Shown here one piece after another: positions 11,028 to 22,556 of a stretch of 64,000 bases of DNA (within the stretch, counting starts at the first letter, position 1; every line of letters starts with the position of its first letter). The stretch covers positions 1,865,788-1,929,787 of the forward strand of contig NC_092676.1 in the NCBI RefSeq assembly GCF_964355755.1, given 5' to 3'. The notes beneath the pieces are model-generated. The model saw only the letters and a program-made list of their open reading frames with translations. It was not told the DNA's origin and did no database searches. Both the position numbers and the translations under genes were made by a program. The DNA comes from Antedon mediterranea (Eukaryota; Animalia; Echinodermata).

Positions 11028-11058
<31 letters not shown>

Positions 11059-11090
11059 AACAATAATAATAATAATAATAATAATAATAA
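11027..11090 (+). repeat. (AAT)n microsatellite
   Basis: Seen directly; a similar (ATT)n run lies at 13911-13946. Confidence 0.9.
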
Positions 11091-11101
11091 CTTTTCTTTT
11101 A

Positions 11102-13174
11102 TCAAAATTGTGTTGCGTCATTTTGATAACGGTTTGCTGGGGGAACGCTCTCTTTGTTATTGACAACGTTCACAATATAAGATCGTTTTTGTTTTACATT
11201 TTTAACATTAAGTTGATTATAAAGACTTCCTATAGCTTTTTGGTGTTTCTTGACATAAATGCCATGAGGTCGTATTTTACCAGAGTTCGACGCTTTTGAA
11301 GAAATCGGTACAAAACCAGCGTTGTTCCACAACGCACGCGTACTATCGTGATGAATTGTTTGCGTAGTGTCACGCACTGGTGGTCTGCGTCCGGTTTTGG
11401 CGGTTTTAGATTTGTTATATCGGCTAGACACTGGCCTATCGATATTATCGTCTGCGATTCTTTCTGAAGTTGTTACCGATACTCTTTCATCTAACTCTTC
11501 AAAGGTGATATCTTTAACTGACCATCTGTCTAAAGATTTATCACTTGTGTTTCCAGTTTCTTTAAAGTCCAAAACATACTTGTTACTACCTTGTTTAGAT
11601 TTTGAATCTGTGTTTTTCATTTTTGGACCTCTAAGTACCGTAGACTGACCTCCACTAGATTTTTTATTTTTCACTTTGCCTTTTTCTCCTATGATGTAAA
11701 TGTCCGCTTGTTTTATAACCACTTCATCGTAAACAAGACTCGCATTTTCTTCATAACTAACTGGTGATGTACTGGATGAATTCGATAATAGTCCAGAACG
11801 AGTTGATGGTGTCCTTTCACTAAGGTAAATACCAGACGTGGATGCTTCGGTGGCACTATACAATTCCTTCGAATCTGTACTAGATATTGATAAGGTAGTT
11901 TCTCGACCTGATGTTATCGAGGTGCTCCTTGCTTCGTCTGAATCTCTATCCGAAGGCCTGTGGTACTTCTGCAAAACTATGGGAGGCATTCTACGAGAAC
12001 GTCTTCTGTAATTATTCATCACAAATAGTTCATTTTGATCATCGTCTGGCTTGACAGTATATTCATTCTGCCATTTAAACGACGCTCTGGCACAAGTTCT
12101 CAAAAACACACGTAAAGACTTTTTGTTTCTAGTCGAAAGATATAAAATCAAACCAGCTATCAAAATAATACCAACAAGTATTCCAGACACCATAGGTCCC
12201 ACGTACTTTAAGCTATTTTCTACGAGTAGGCGTACGCTATTTTTACCTCTTCCTAAAGAATTTATGGCAAAGCAACCAATAATAAGCAAATCATGCTTTG
12301 TTTTATCAACATTTGGTATGTAAAGTCGTTTTCCTTGCACAATATATCCTTCTGTTTCATCAACTAGATAACCGTTTATATACCATTCGTGCTGGCTTGC
12401 GAACGGATTAGCGTTTGATTCACACGTCAGCGCAACCTCGTCTCCGTCTCGTACAGTGCTTGGTGTCATGGTTACACGCACTATAGGTATATATAAAATA
12501 TTGAAAGGTCCCACAACACAGTCATGTGACATGCCATCAGAAAACACAGCTTCACACGTGAGTTGAACGTCATTGTAAGATGGACTCGCATAGAATGAAA
12601 ACCCAATGTTATACCACAGTCTAGAATTCCAATTATCAACCCGTATGAAATATCTCGAAGTATCTTCTAAACTGGTTGCACCCTCCCACCAAAGAGTGCC
12701 TTCGTTTTCATTGCGATGATCATTCCCTTCAATAAGTTTTGCACACGTAATCGTCACAAGATCATTTTCTCTGACCAACGTTGAGCTTGCTGCGCAAACA
12801 TGTGGTTCTGTCGTCGCTGGAACCAAAATGTTTAAGTACGCGACAGAAATTACTTCTTCGTCGTCCGACCTCCAGACGCATTCATATCTACCTGTGTCCG
12901 AGGTCTCACAATATTTGATGTCTAATCTTGAGTATATTTTGTTCCCTTGATACGTTGCCGATACAAACCACTTGTTGGAGTTTAGACTATTATCAATAAG
13001 TTGGCCGTTTGGCAGTTTCCATTTTAAGACGCCCCCGGACACAATCACTTCACAAATAAATTGAGTTCCATGCAGCTGGAAGGTTGTAGTGTTATGAGGT
13101 CTTGTTGAAAACTCCTGACAATTGGCCACCATAAGTGTAGTGATGACGAAAGAAAAAACAAATGCTGCCTGCAT
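11102..13174 (-). CDS. Ig-superfamily receptor 2 (3 Ig, TM, tail with ITIM-like LVYDEV and SLYNQL); single coding exon
   Basis: Signal peptide MQAAFVFSFVITTLMVANC; DTGRYEC; two more Ig domains; TM VGPMVSGILVGIILIAGLILYL. Confidence 0.9.
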   Translation of the reverse strand: MQAAFVFSFVITTLMVANCQEFSTRPHNTTTFQLHGTQFICEVIVSGGVLKWKLPNGQLIDNSLNSNKWFVSATYQGNKIYSRLDIKYCETSDTGRYECVWRSDDEEVISVAYLNILVPATTEPHVCAASSTLVRENDLVTITCAKLIEGNDHRNENEGTLWWEGATSLEDTSRYFIRVDNWNSRLWYNIGFSFYASPSYNDVQLTCEAVFSDGMSHDCVVGPFNILYIPIVRVTMTPSTVRDGDEVALTCESNANPFASQHEWYINGYLVDETEGYIVQGKRLYIPNVDKTKHDLLIIGCFAINSLGRGKNSVRLLVENSLKYVGPMVSGILVGIILIAGLILYLSTRNKKSLRVFLRTCARASFKWQNEYTVKPDDDQNELFVMNNYRRRSRRMPPIVLQKYHRPSDRDSDEARSTSITSGRETTLSISSTDSKELYSATEASTSGIYLSERTPSTRSGLLSNSSSTSPVSYEENASLVYDEVVIKQADIYIIGEKGKVKNKKSSGGQSTVLRGPKMKNTDSKSKQGSNKYVLDFKETGNTSDKSLDRWSVKDITFEELDERVSVTTSERIADDNIDRPVSSRYNKSKTAKTGRRPPVRDTTQTIHHDSTRALWNNAGFVPISSKASNSGKIRPHGIYVKKHQKAIGSLYNQLNVKNVKQKRSYIVNVVNNKESVPPANRYQNDATQF

Positions 13175-13910
13175 GTTGTACCGTCACACAAACGATGTTA
13201 GCGGGTTTTTCGGAAGTTTACATGCTGTCTGCTGTCTTCTTGATGTTGTCGCCTGCCATGTACTAGTGGTTGAAGACCTACCGACCTGTCAATGGCCTTG
13301 GTTATACAGAAGGCTTATTTCAACTATGGCTAATGAAATGTCATGATTATAGTTGGCAGATCAAAAATCTACAGATGGTGTGGTGTTGACGAACTCAGCG
13401 CCATAAAAACCTATTTGCTTGCCAAACTTGCTGAAAGCGGCAACTCCTGTAATCAAAAGAAGACGGCAACGGCGAAATATATGAAGAAGAGAGATGTAAA
13501 GTAGGTAGAGGATAGCAGTGCCATTACGGTTAAATGACAAATAAAAGGCGGAGGTGCCAATTCATAGGATAATATGCGCTTAAATCAATCATTTACCAGC
13601 TTGTTACGCGCACTGCTGTGTTTTCAAAAGCAGTTTCATGTTTGTAGTTGTGGGACAATTCTATATGTTTCGATTTTGACACTTATCTTGATTCGATTGT
13701 ACTCTTTGTGACCTTCAATGGGTCACGGGCGCTCTATGACGGTGACATGCACTTTGACATTTCAGAATCGATGACGTCATTTATTTTATTTTATTAATAT
13801 CAGTTACATATTTCTAGACCTATTTAATTTGTAGATGCGTAGAAACGTTAAGGTCTTAACATTTATATAATTATAAAATGGAATAATTTAGAAGATGATG
13901 ACTTATTGAC

Positions 13911-13948
<38 letters not shown>

Positions 13949-14291
13949 GTTATCATATTATTATATATTACGGTACCATTTTATTTATAATAATCAAATT
14001 CAAAATCGCATTAACCAAAATATGTAGGTTTTTTTCTCTACAAATGCAGTGTAATTCTAGTATCTGCTAGTATCATTTACCAATAATCAATATGTTTTTG
14101 TTTTATCACACAGAAGAAGCTAGCCTGGACATTTTACGCAGCTGGAGGTATACACACTGTAAAACAACTCATTTTGAAACCGATATCATTAAAAACCTAA
14201 TAACACGTCAGAGATTGTTTTTATAATATCTGGATAAATATTTTTATTTCATCAAGAAGAAAATTAATATCAGACGTAGTAAGCGCCTCCG

Positions 14292-14434
14292 ATGATAATA
14301 ACGTAGTGCGTTCAATTAATGATGATACATGCCTTCTTCATTGATAACGTAGTGCGTTCAAATAATGATGACCCATGCCTTCTTCATCGTTCAAATCACG
14401 ATGATACATGTCTTATGATAACGTAGTGCGTTCT
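14292..14434 (+). repeat. Short tandem duplication (gataacgtagtgcgttc...atgatacatg, 3-4 copies)
   Basis: Seen directly. Confidence 0.7.
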
Positions 14435-16172
14435 AACGCGCATTTAATTAAGAATGCATAATGTATTGAAATACAAACATTCACTCAAAATGTTTAGTTA
14501 TTCTTTTATTATCAAATTTACCAACTTAATAAATATAACATTGAATTACAAAATAATACAATATTATAAATTATAATGAATTTGTTGTAAGGGACATTAA
14601 AATTTTGCGCGTATAATATTTTATATTATATAGTATAGGTGTTTTGTACTCGCATGTAATGTATTCTTGATGGCCCTGACGATTGGATTTCACTGTCGAT
14701 CACCAGTAGTAATGTTCATATCACATTGATACCGTATATTGTTACAGAATCGATAAAACCATAAATGTAATGTGACGACAATATATATTTTACCCATTAT
14801 GATATTATTACAAAAATACATTAGGAAGGCTTTTTTATTAAATACGTTTTCATAATGTATAAAAGTGATATTAAAATAACAAAGACATTATTATTGAAAC
14901 TGCTTTTTCAAACGTTATATTTAAATATTTCTTCAACAATATTATTATGACATAAGGGCAGTGGTACATCTTGGTTTCTTTTACAATGTGAAAAAACTGC
15001 ATAAAAGAATATTTTGCAAAATATAAAAGTTTACATTAGTTTACGCGTGCGTACGTAAACGCACAAGGTACGCACACTTGTACAAAAGTACGTACCATGC
15101 CCATCAGGATGACGTTAACTTAATGAAGAAACACATTATTTCAACTACACTGCGCCCAACACAAATACATCTAATTACTTGTAGCGGGCAGCACCGGTAT
15201 TTATTAAATTTATTACAAGTATAACTTTATTATGAGTGCAACTTAACATATTGATATAAAAATATACATAAATTACCCTGTTGTTTAACGAACATTTTGA
15301 CTTTGAATGTATATCCGTCAATAAAAGTACGTTTTTATTGTTACAAATTCAATATAAATAATATTACACTTACATCAAAACAGTATTATAGATTACCAAT
15401 AAGAATATTAACTTAATAATCGTATTAAAAATAAGTGATATGTCCAAATATAGCAGTGAAATGACATCATCATGTCCATATATGGGCACATCACTTTTTT
15501 GTCACATAAAGTTTGATAGTGTAGACAGAGCTTTAGTTTGCCTGAATTACGGATATTAACATTATAGATAATTATATTATATTATACAAACATTCACACA
15601 AGGTATATAAAATTGAGTTATTAGTACTATTGCATTTAATCTGATGTTTTAGTTTATTTGTATCTAAACAAATTTTTGACCTACTTCAAACAATATAAAA
15701 TGTATTTATATACATTTTTTTAAAACCTACACAATATATTTAGAATTCATAAACTAAAAAAAAGTGTCAATTATATATCTATATCATCTTAATGTTTAGA
15801 ATTCAATATTTCATGTTGGAATATCAATTTAAACGTTGTATGCCGAGCCGACCTGGTATTCACTCGTAATAGGTATTCTATTAAAAATATACTTAAAATA
15901 TTTCCAATGTATTATAGACATATCCCTCATATATTTTTAAAAGTGTAGTACAACTGTGACAATGGTATCTATAATATAAATATTAATTTATTTTTTATTC
16001 AATAAATGAATATATCATATAACATCTGTATTTTCAACTGTAGACCTAATCCATATTTTAAAATTAGCCTCGATACCCACAAAACTTTTTCAGCAAATTG
16101 GCTTTAGATTTATATTTTCGAATTAAATGGCTGCCTGGCGCGCCATAGACAACAGAAGAATAAAAACGAATG

Positions 16173-17702
16173 CTATAAATCTGTGGACGGGATAATGGAA
16201 TCAATGTCTTCGGTAGAATCGACTTCTGATGGCAGTGAAGGATCATCCACATCTATATTGACGGTGTACGAGCCTTTCTTGCTATTAAAGTCTGTAACAT
16301 GAGGATTCACTTGGTAAACGTATGAGGCATCAGATGGATCTTCTTCTTCTGTCGTAGGCATATCTTGTACAATATAATCCGACATACTACTTTCGACACT
16401 GCCCTTTTTACCAATACTCGAAGTTTCGCTTTTCCGTCTAGGAATTGGTCGTAACCGATCATCGTCCTCGTCATTTTCACGTTGACGAGGATTAATATCG
16501 GGCAAATACCCGACATTAGTGTTCCCTCTTAATGAATTCGTTTGCCTCATTGGAATAATTACTGAACCGTTTTGTCTTTTTCTTCTTGCTGATTCCGCTC
16601 GTCGAATCAATTCTTTCTTTTGTATCTTCTTAATGGTTTTCTTTTGTCGGCAATACCAGGTCGTAAACGCAATCAGGATCACTAATATAATGAACAACAC
16701 AATGGTGACCAATATTGGCCCTACAATTTCAACTGTGGATTTACCGTCTACTGTCACAATAAAATATTCGTTTTCCCCTTCTCCGACCTCATTGGTCACC
16801 TGACAGGTCAACGTGACACCGTCATCGTTAGGGTCAACGTCAGGAAGGGTTAATAGTTTACCATTATTGTCCAGTTGAAACCCATTTGTCCGGCCATATT
16901 CTGTGATTAAACTTCCAGAATAAAACCATGTATATGTAAACACACTTGGATTGCCAGTGGCTTCACAAGAGAAGCCAACAGACTTACCAAGTTCGACATC
17001 TTCTGTGGTGGGTGTGACCTCAACTTTTGGTGGATACTGTACAGATAATACTAGATTACATTCCGAAAGTAAAAAAATCGAAACACACGAATACCGGCGG
17101 CCGTCATCGTTCGCACTAAAACTTAACTCACTCGTCGAAGGTGCGTATTTTGTAGAAGATGTTGTCGGCAAGTGGTTGCCCTCTGACCTCCAAACCAGAT
17201 CAGCAGTAGGACTACTGGATATACACGTCAATGTCACTATTTCATTTTCAACAAGTTCTCCACTTGGATTGGCAAAACATGTTGGCCTTCCGTCGCTACT
17301 TGGACTCATAACATACACATCTGCTGAAACTTCAGCAACAATGTTAGAATCAAATAAAACCTTACATTTATATTCTCCTCCATCGTTATCGTCCAGATTG
17401 TGTATGACAAGTATAAAGGTGTATTCATTCGCCGCATCATTGATGGTTTCTGTCTCTGTTGAAAATCTGTTTCCATACTCGGATGGAATAGCTGCTTCGT
17501 GGTTTATAAGTATCGAGCCTCTGGGAACTTCCCAGAGCACAACTGTCAAAGAAGACACACCGTTAACCGTGCATGCTAGTCGTTGATCTGTACCAGATAC
17601 ACCTGATGTATCGCGAGGCCCAGCTATTATCGTCTGTGTGTTCACATCATGTGCGACGATTAACAAATTCGCTGCCAAAATTATCACCTTCCAGCTCCAC
17701 AT
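16173..17702 (-). CDS. Ig-superfamily receptor 3 (3 Ig, TM, Tyr-containing acidic tail); single coding exon
   Basis: First ATG at 17702 gives signal MWSWKVIILAANLLIVA; DGGEYKC; YPPKV...FSCEATGNP...YTW; TM IVGPILVTIVLFIILVILIAFTTWY. Confidence 0.9.
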   Translation of the reverse strand: MWSWKVIILAANLLIVAHDVNTQTIIAGPRDTSGVSGTDQRLACTVNGVSSLTVVLWEVPRGSILINHEAAIPSEYGNRFSTETETINDAANEYTFILVIHNLDDNDGGEYKCKVLFDSNIVAEVSADVYVMSPSSDGRPTCFANPSGELVENEIVTLTCISSSPTADLVWRSEGNHLPTTSSTKYAPSTSELSFSANDDGRRYSCVSIFLLSECNLVLSVQYPPKVEVTPTTEDVELGKSVGFSCEATGNPSVFTYTWFYSGSLITEYGRTNGFQLDNNGKLLTLPDVDPNDDGVTLTCQVTNEVGEGENEYFIVTVDGKSTVEIVGPILVTIVLFIILVILIAFTTWYCRQKKTIKKIQKKELIRRAESARRKRQNGSVIIPMRQTNSLRGNTNVGYLPDINPRQRENDEDDDRLRPIPRRKSETSSIGKKGSVESSMSDYIVQDMPTTEEEDPSDASYVYQVNPHVTDFNSKKGSYTVNIDVDDPSLPSEVDSTEDIDSIIPSTDL

Positions 17703-19434
17703 TTTAATATTAAATCTCACAATTTGAGTAATTTATGTCCATTTCCTTTCTATATGGTCCTTTTTGGTCATGGTATTGCCTTTTGTGGGTGGAAAAAACC
17801 GTCGTACCAAGCACCAACACTCGTAGTATTATTATTACAGTGAATTTCAAATAGTTCTCACAGTAGATCACTTGCACTATTGTCATCTGCTTCTATATTA
17901 CGCATGCGTACTGATGCAATCTAATCTATCAATAAAAGCTCCACCTTTTTTCGTTTTGTTGGTTGAACAAACACAAAAGATGATTCACTTGCTTTCTTTA
18001 CAGCGAACAGAAATGAAAGGAGATCCTTGCCAGAAAGGTTGATTACGCCAACTAATTCCTCCATATTAAAACGAAACTAATTGTTAACCAAAATGTTACA
18101 AGGACCAGCTGCAGCGCAGCAAATTAAAATAATAACTTGATTACTTCTACTGATTAACGATGATAATGACGGTCGGTCTGTTTATCAAGATAAAATGACG
18201 TCAAATATAATTATGATGATGACGATCGAGAAAAATATCTTAGGCCTATCTTAAACATATCTAGTAAGTTAAAAAAATAACAGTTCACGTATTTGAAAAT
18301 ATCTCTACTTTGAGCATGCGTATTATGTGATTTTGTCTACATCTTTGTAAACGTTGACACATAGGTCATTACACTTGTTTAGACATATACATTCAGATAT
18401 TAAGAATATTTTTGTTATGATTTTGAATTCGATAACAAAGGTTTTTTTTAATTAATATATAAATGATCAGTGAAGAGTGTGAAAGATTAAGATTTCAGAG
18501 TTTTGTTTCCCACTACAGTTACCACTAGAAGTATCGTCAAATTCATTTTGATTCGCTTTAACTGTATTTTGTCTTTATGTGTAAGCTGACTTTGAGGTTT
18601 GGTCAACCGGCTCAGCTACAGTGATTAAGTTCACTTAGGTTGACCCTGTCTCCCAATTTAAGTTTTGTTTATGTATATACTGAAATAGACCGAATAAATA
18701 ATGAAATTAAATGAAAATATAACTTCACTTCAAGATAAATACAATAATAACAAATTTATAATACATTTAGATAACAAGAATATTATATTCATTCTAATTC
18801 GCCGATTGAAATTCAGGTTGTGTTTTGTTTCATTGTTACAATAGTAGATCTATAGTCATATTTCATGTAATACGTGCTAAATTATATGTATATTGCACTT
18901 TGTAAAAATCAATATAAACGCTAAGGTTAATGAAATGCAGAAAAGTGAGGAAAAAAAACGAAACATCGATATTCTAATATTTTGAATTACATTTATTTAT
19001 CAAGATTTGCAGTATTCAAATTATAAACTATGTATAACCCTTTTATGCAAAACATTAATTACCAGCATTTTTTATTTTAACCTTAAGTTCTGTTTCATGA
19101 ACACTATGCAGTATATTTTTAAAGTACCAAATACAAGATTTCGCCAGGAAAATATTGCACAGAAGCCAACCTGCCCACCAGCAGAAAACATAGAGAAATA
19201 CTGTAATCATCATTAGTATTGGAATATAACGTGCTGACAAAACGTATTTTAGAACTTGAAGTTGAATGCATTATATTACCAAGTTTAAGATTTTTAATAA
19301 TGCAAACTTTAATCCGATATCAGAGGTCATTTTAATTAATGTAAATCTGATTAAGATTTCAGGGTTTGTTTTTCATACTACAATTACTAGAAGTAGGCAA
19401 TGGCCAAATGCTTGACGTGTGAAACAATCGCTTT

Positions 19435-19616
19435 ACGCCCAACTTACAAAGACGAGCGGTAAACGGCGTAGGTAGCTTGTCCCACGTAGAGTCTGTATCT
19501 ATCAGGAGCGGAACCGCCCGTCCGCTCCGCATTGTGTGTAGGAATGGTCATAAGGAATAACAAAAAAGATTCTATATTGTTTTTTACCGTCACCGCTCGT
19601 CTGTGTAAATTGGCCT
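19435..19616. mobile_element. Degenerate Harbinger-type MITE
   Basis: Imperfect TIRs cgcccaacttacaaagacgagcggt...accgctcgtctgtgtaaattggcc flanked by tta. Confidence 0.55.
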
Positions 19617-19816
19617 TTAGTTATCCACCTATAACAATTACATTATACTGTAAGTTTACAAAGGTCGATGAACAATGAACACACAATTATTATATCACAG
19701 CAAATAAATTATTATTAGAAATGTATGATTCTGGACCGATGACTGCAACAAACATTCATTTTAATTTATAAAAGCACACTAAGCAACAAAGTTGTTTGAA
19801 ATATTTTAGCTACGTT

Positions 19817-21211
19817 TTAGGAATACTCTTCTTTGACAATGTTCAATCCTGGATTCCTGGTAAAATTGAGATCCGCGTACACAACTGTATCGTCTGTTTT
19901 TTTAATATTATTGTCTGCTTTTGGCTGTGTTGAGCGCCCGTTTCTACCAAGATTATTTATTCGTTCGTTCGTTCTTCTAGGTTGTAACGATCTAGGCCTA
20001 GTTGAAGAGGACACTTTTGTGGACGGATGCTGTCTGACAGGAGATACGGGCACTCGTTCAGACTTAGTCCTATTTGACTTAGACCTACATCTATACTGTT
20101 CTAAATCATTATCCACAGTTTCTTTTGTAGAATTAAACACGATGTCTTTTGTTTTTGTTTCGTAACCTTTAGATTCGTCTTTTTGGAAATTGTCCTCAAA
20201 ATTCAATCTTGCATCTTTTTTGTGATGACCTCGTGAATGATTTGAACTAGTCGACTTTATTTTGGATTCAGTTTTCGCTCTCATAATAGTTTCAGTGTTC
20301 ACGCTTGTTGTCTGTTTATTTGAGTTGGATGAACTCACAACTTCGTCTTCGGAAGACTGATCGGATAGAACTGCAATTGGAACACCTACTCCTTCTCGAA
20401 GAGATGACATATCCAGCACCTGTTGAGGTTGAGGAACTGTCTCCTTACAATACTTACACTCTCTGAATCGAAATGCAAAGACGATTACGATGGCGAAAAG
20501 AATTAAGGCAATGATGCTAAGAACGGCCACAATTATGTATGGTACGATATTGCTATTGCTCCAGTCAACATGGAGTGTCACGGAACAGGAGAGTGGATTC
20601 TGCATGTTTGGTAAAGACGCCTCACAGACAAACTGTCTACCGTTATCGTCCCTATTCACAATTTTATTATATTTAACAGATGTGTATGTAGCATTTCCAT
20701 TTGGTTTATTACTTATTACGACTCCATTTTTAGTCCATGTTAGATCTGGTACTTCTTTTATATAATCTAACGTCGATGAGAAGCATGTCATTTCAACATT
20801 ATCTCCTGACGTTAGGCTTTTCGGTTGTTGTTTACAGTTTGGTAACCATGACAACGTAGGGTTGTAAACTCTTAGAGTGGCAGTAGATGAATCTGCACCA
20901 TCTGATTCACAAAACAGCATAATATCTACAAACGTTTCTGTCATAGAAGAGTTACCTGTAATTGATAACGTCGAACGTTGATCATTTGCAGTTATATGAT
21001 ACATGTCCGAACGTTTAATCTCGACGTCTTTTTCATTATATGTTTTCCTGAACCATTTTATTTCGTTTGATTTGCCAATACAATCAAATTTGGCAGAGTG
21101 AGTAGGAATAGCTATCAGTACAGTCTGCAAAGGGCGAATAGTCAGAGTACATTCGCATTTTGAAAACAGGAAATACGCAATGCATAACGTTACTAAATGG
21201 AAAACATTCAT
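19817..21211 (-). CDS. Ig-superfamily receptor 4 (2 Ig, TM, C-terminal ITIM VVYADL); single coding exon, probable 5'UTR intron 21255-21746
   Basis: ATG at 21211 gives signal MNVFHLVTLCIAYFLFS; TM IVPYIIVAVLSIIALILFAIVIVFAF. Minus-strand acceptor tgtttcag at 21255 and donor gtaagt at 21746. Confidence 0.88.
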   Translation of the reverse strand: MNVFHLVTLCIAYFLFSKCECTLTIRPLQTVLIAIPTHSAKFDCIGKSNEIKWFRKTYNEKDVEIKRSDMYHITANDQRSTLSITGNSSMTETFVDIMLFCESDGADSSTATLRVYNPTLSWLPNCKQQPKSLTSGDNVEMTCFSSTLDYIKEVPDLTWTKNGVVISNKPNGNATYTSVKYNKIVNRDDNGRQFVCEASLPNMQNPLSCSVTLHVDWSNSNIVPYIIVAVLSIIALILFAIVIVFAFRFRECKYCKETVPQPQQVLDMSSLREGVGVPIAVLSDQSSEDEVVSSSNSNKQTTSVNTETIMRAKTESKIKSTSSNHSRGHHKKDARLNFEDNFQKDESKGYETKTKDIVFNSTKETVDNDLEQYRCRSKSNRTKSERVPVSPVRQHPSTKVSSSTRPRSLQPRRTNERINNLGRNGRSTQPKADNNIKKTDDTVVYADLNFTRNPGLNIVKEEYS

Positions 21212-22397
21212 CTTCAATTTATTTTTTACTTTCTTCTTCTTAAAATTGTAGTATCTGAAACATAAAATCAGATAAACAAGGTGAAAATACTAAAATTTAC
21301 TCAATAAATTATTTAAACAGCACATGCCTATAATACAATTTCAAGCTCAACATATGCTGGGTACAATACATTCCATGGTCATTTTAGTACAACAACAATT
21401 CCAAATACGTTTTTTTTCCACAATACTTTAATTTGTTTCGACGCCTGCAGCAATACTCGGTGGAAATATTTAATAATAAGGATTATCATTATTAATATCA
21501 TTATCATAATAATTACGTAAAAATGATCTGAGTATTATATACCCCATCTATATGGATGATAATTTAAAGTTATAATTGTCTTAAAAAAAACCAATTCTTT
21601 TCTTTTACAAATTTATAATGCAATCCTGATTTTAAAATAACTACTATAAATAAGCCTTCGATATGCAGCGTGGATTACGAAGACTATCAATGCATAACAT
21701 CTACTGAACAGGTTAGGATAAAAGATGTGAATTGTTTAGTACTTACCACACCAAATAGTACACTGTCTACCAAAATGAATAGGCCTACATTCGCTCAGTC
21801 GTATTAACCATTTATGGTCTTTTAAACTTGGTAGTTAATTTCAGTTCTTTTCCATTGAAAACAAACACACAGAGCCGTTTACATTGTTGCTATTCATCCA
21901 TACTTCATTGCCAAGTCTTTCAGTAAAAATTAGCATATTGGTTTCATTGAATTAAATAGAGTCTTTTGTTATGTCATGAAAAGGCCCGTTATTTGTAAAT
22001 CATCGATGCGTCTAGTTCGCCAGTCATTCTGTGTTCGTGTTGTCGTTCGGTATTAAATCAATCGTACAAGTGTCGCGCTCTCAGCTACTTGTAACACGGT
22101 TTCACACAAGCAAAACGCATCGGACCTGTCTGCTTCTAATTCGATTTATACTGTATACACGAATTGAATGCATTCCTCCAAATAAAAACCGTCACTCATT
22201 CAATCAAATCTCTTCTATTTTATTTCTGATTATCTCGTTAAAACTGTCCAGTTTGGATTCAATATCAGAGACTATGTTTTGTAAAAATTCATATCAAAAT
22301 AGATCTACATTAATAATGGATTTTTAATAAAGTTTCGTTTGTTTCGAAATCAGGCCTTTGCAGTACAATGAAAAGACAAAATCTAACGCACAGGTTA

Positions 22398-22556
22398 AAG
22401 GTTGGTTCCCACTAGGACGTAACGAAAGGGCGTAAGCGCACCGCAAGCGAGCTGACCAATGACAAACGACAGTTTGGATGCTCCACCCAGTCGTGATTGG
22501 TCAAATTACTTGCATTGCGCTTATACGTCCTTTGCGTTGCGTCCGTAAACCAAGCT
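22398..22556. mobile_element. Harbinger-type MITE family B; second copy at about 24082-24223
   Basis: Termini agcttg(g/c)ttcccactag...aagct with shared internal gaccaat...gattggt inverted segments. Confidence 0.65.

Noticed and set aside
16951-17586. 211-aa plus-strand ORF and other antisense ORFs over the Ig, coiled-coil and DIRS genes
   Set aside because: Shadows of real coding sequence on the opposite strand, with no recognisable motifs.
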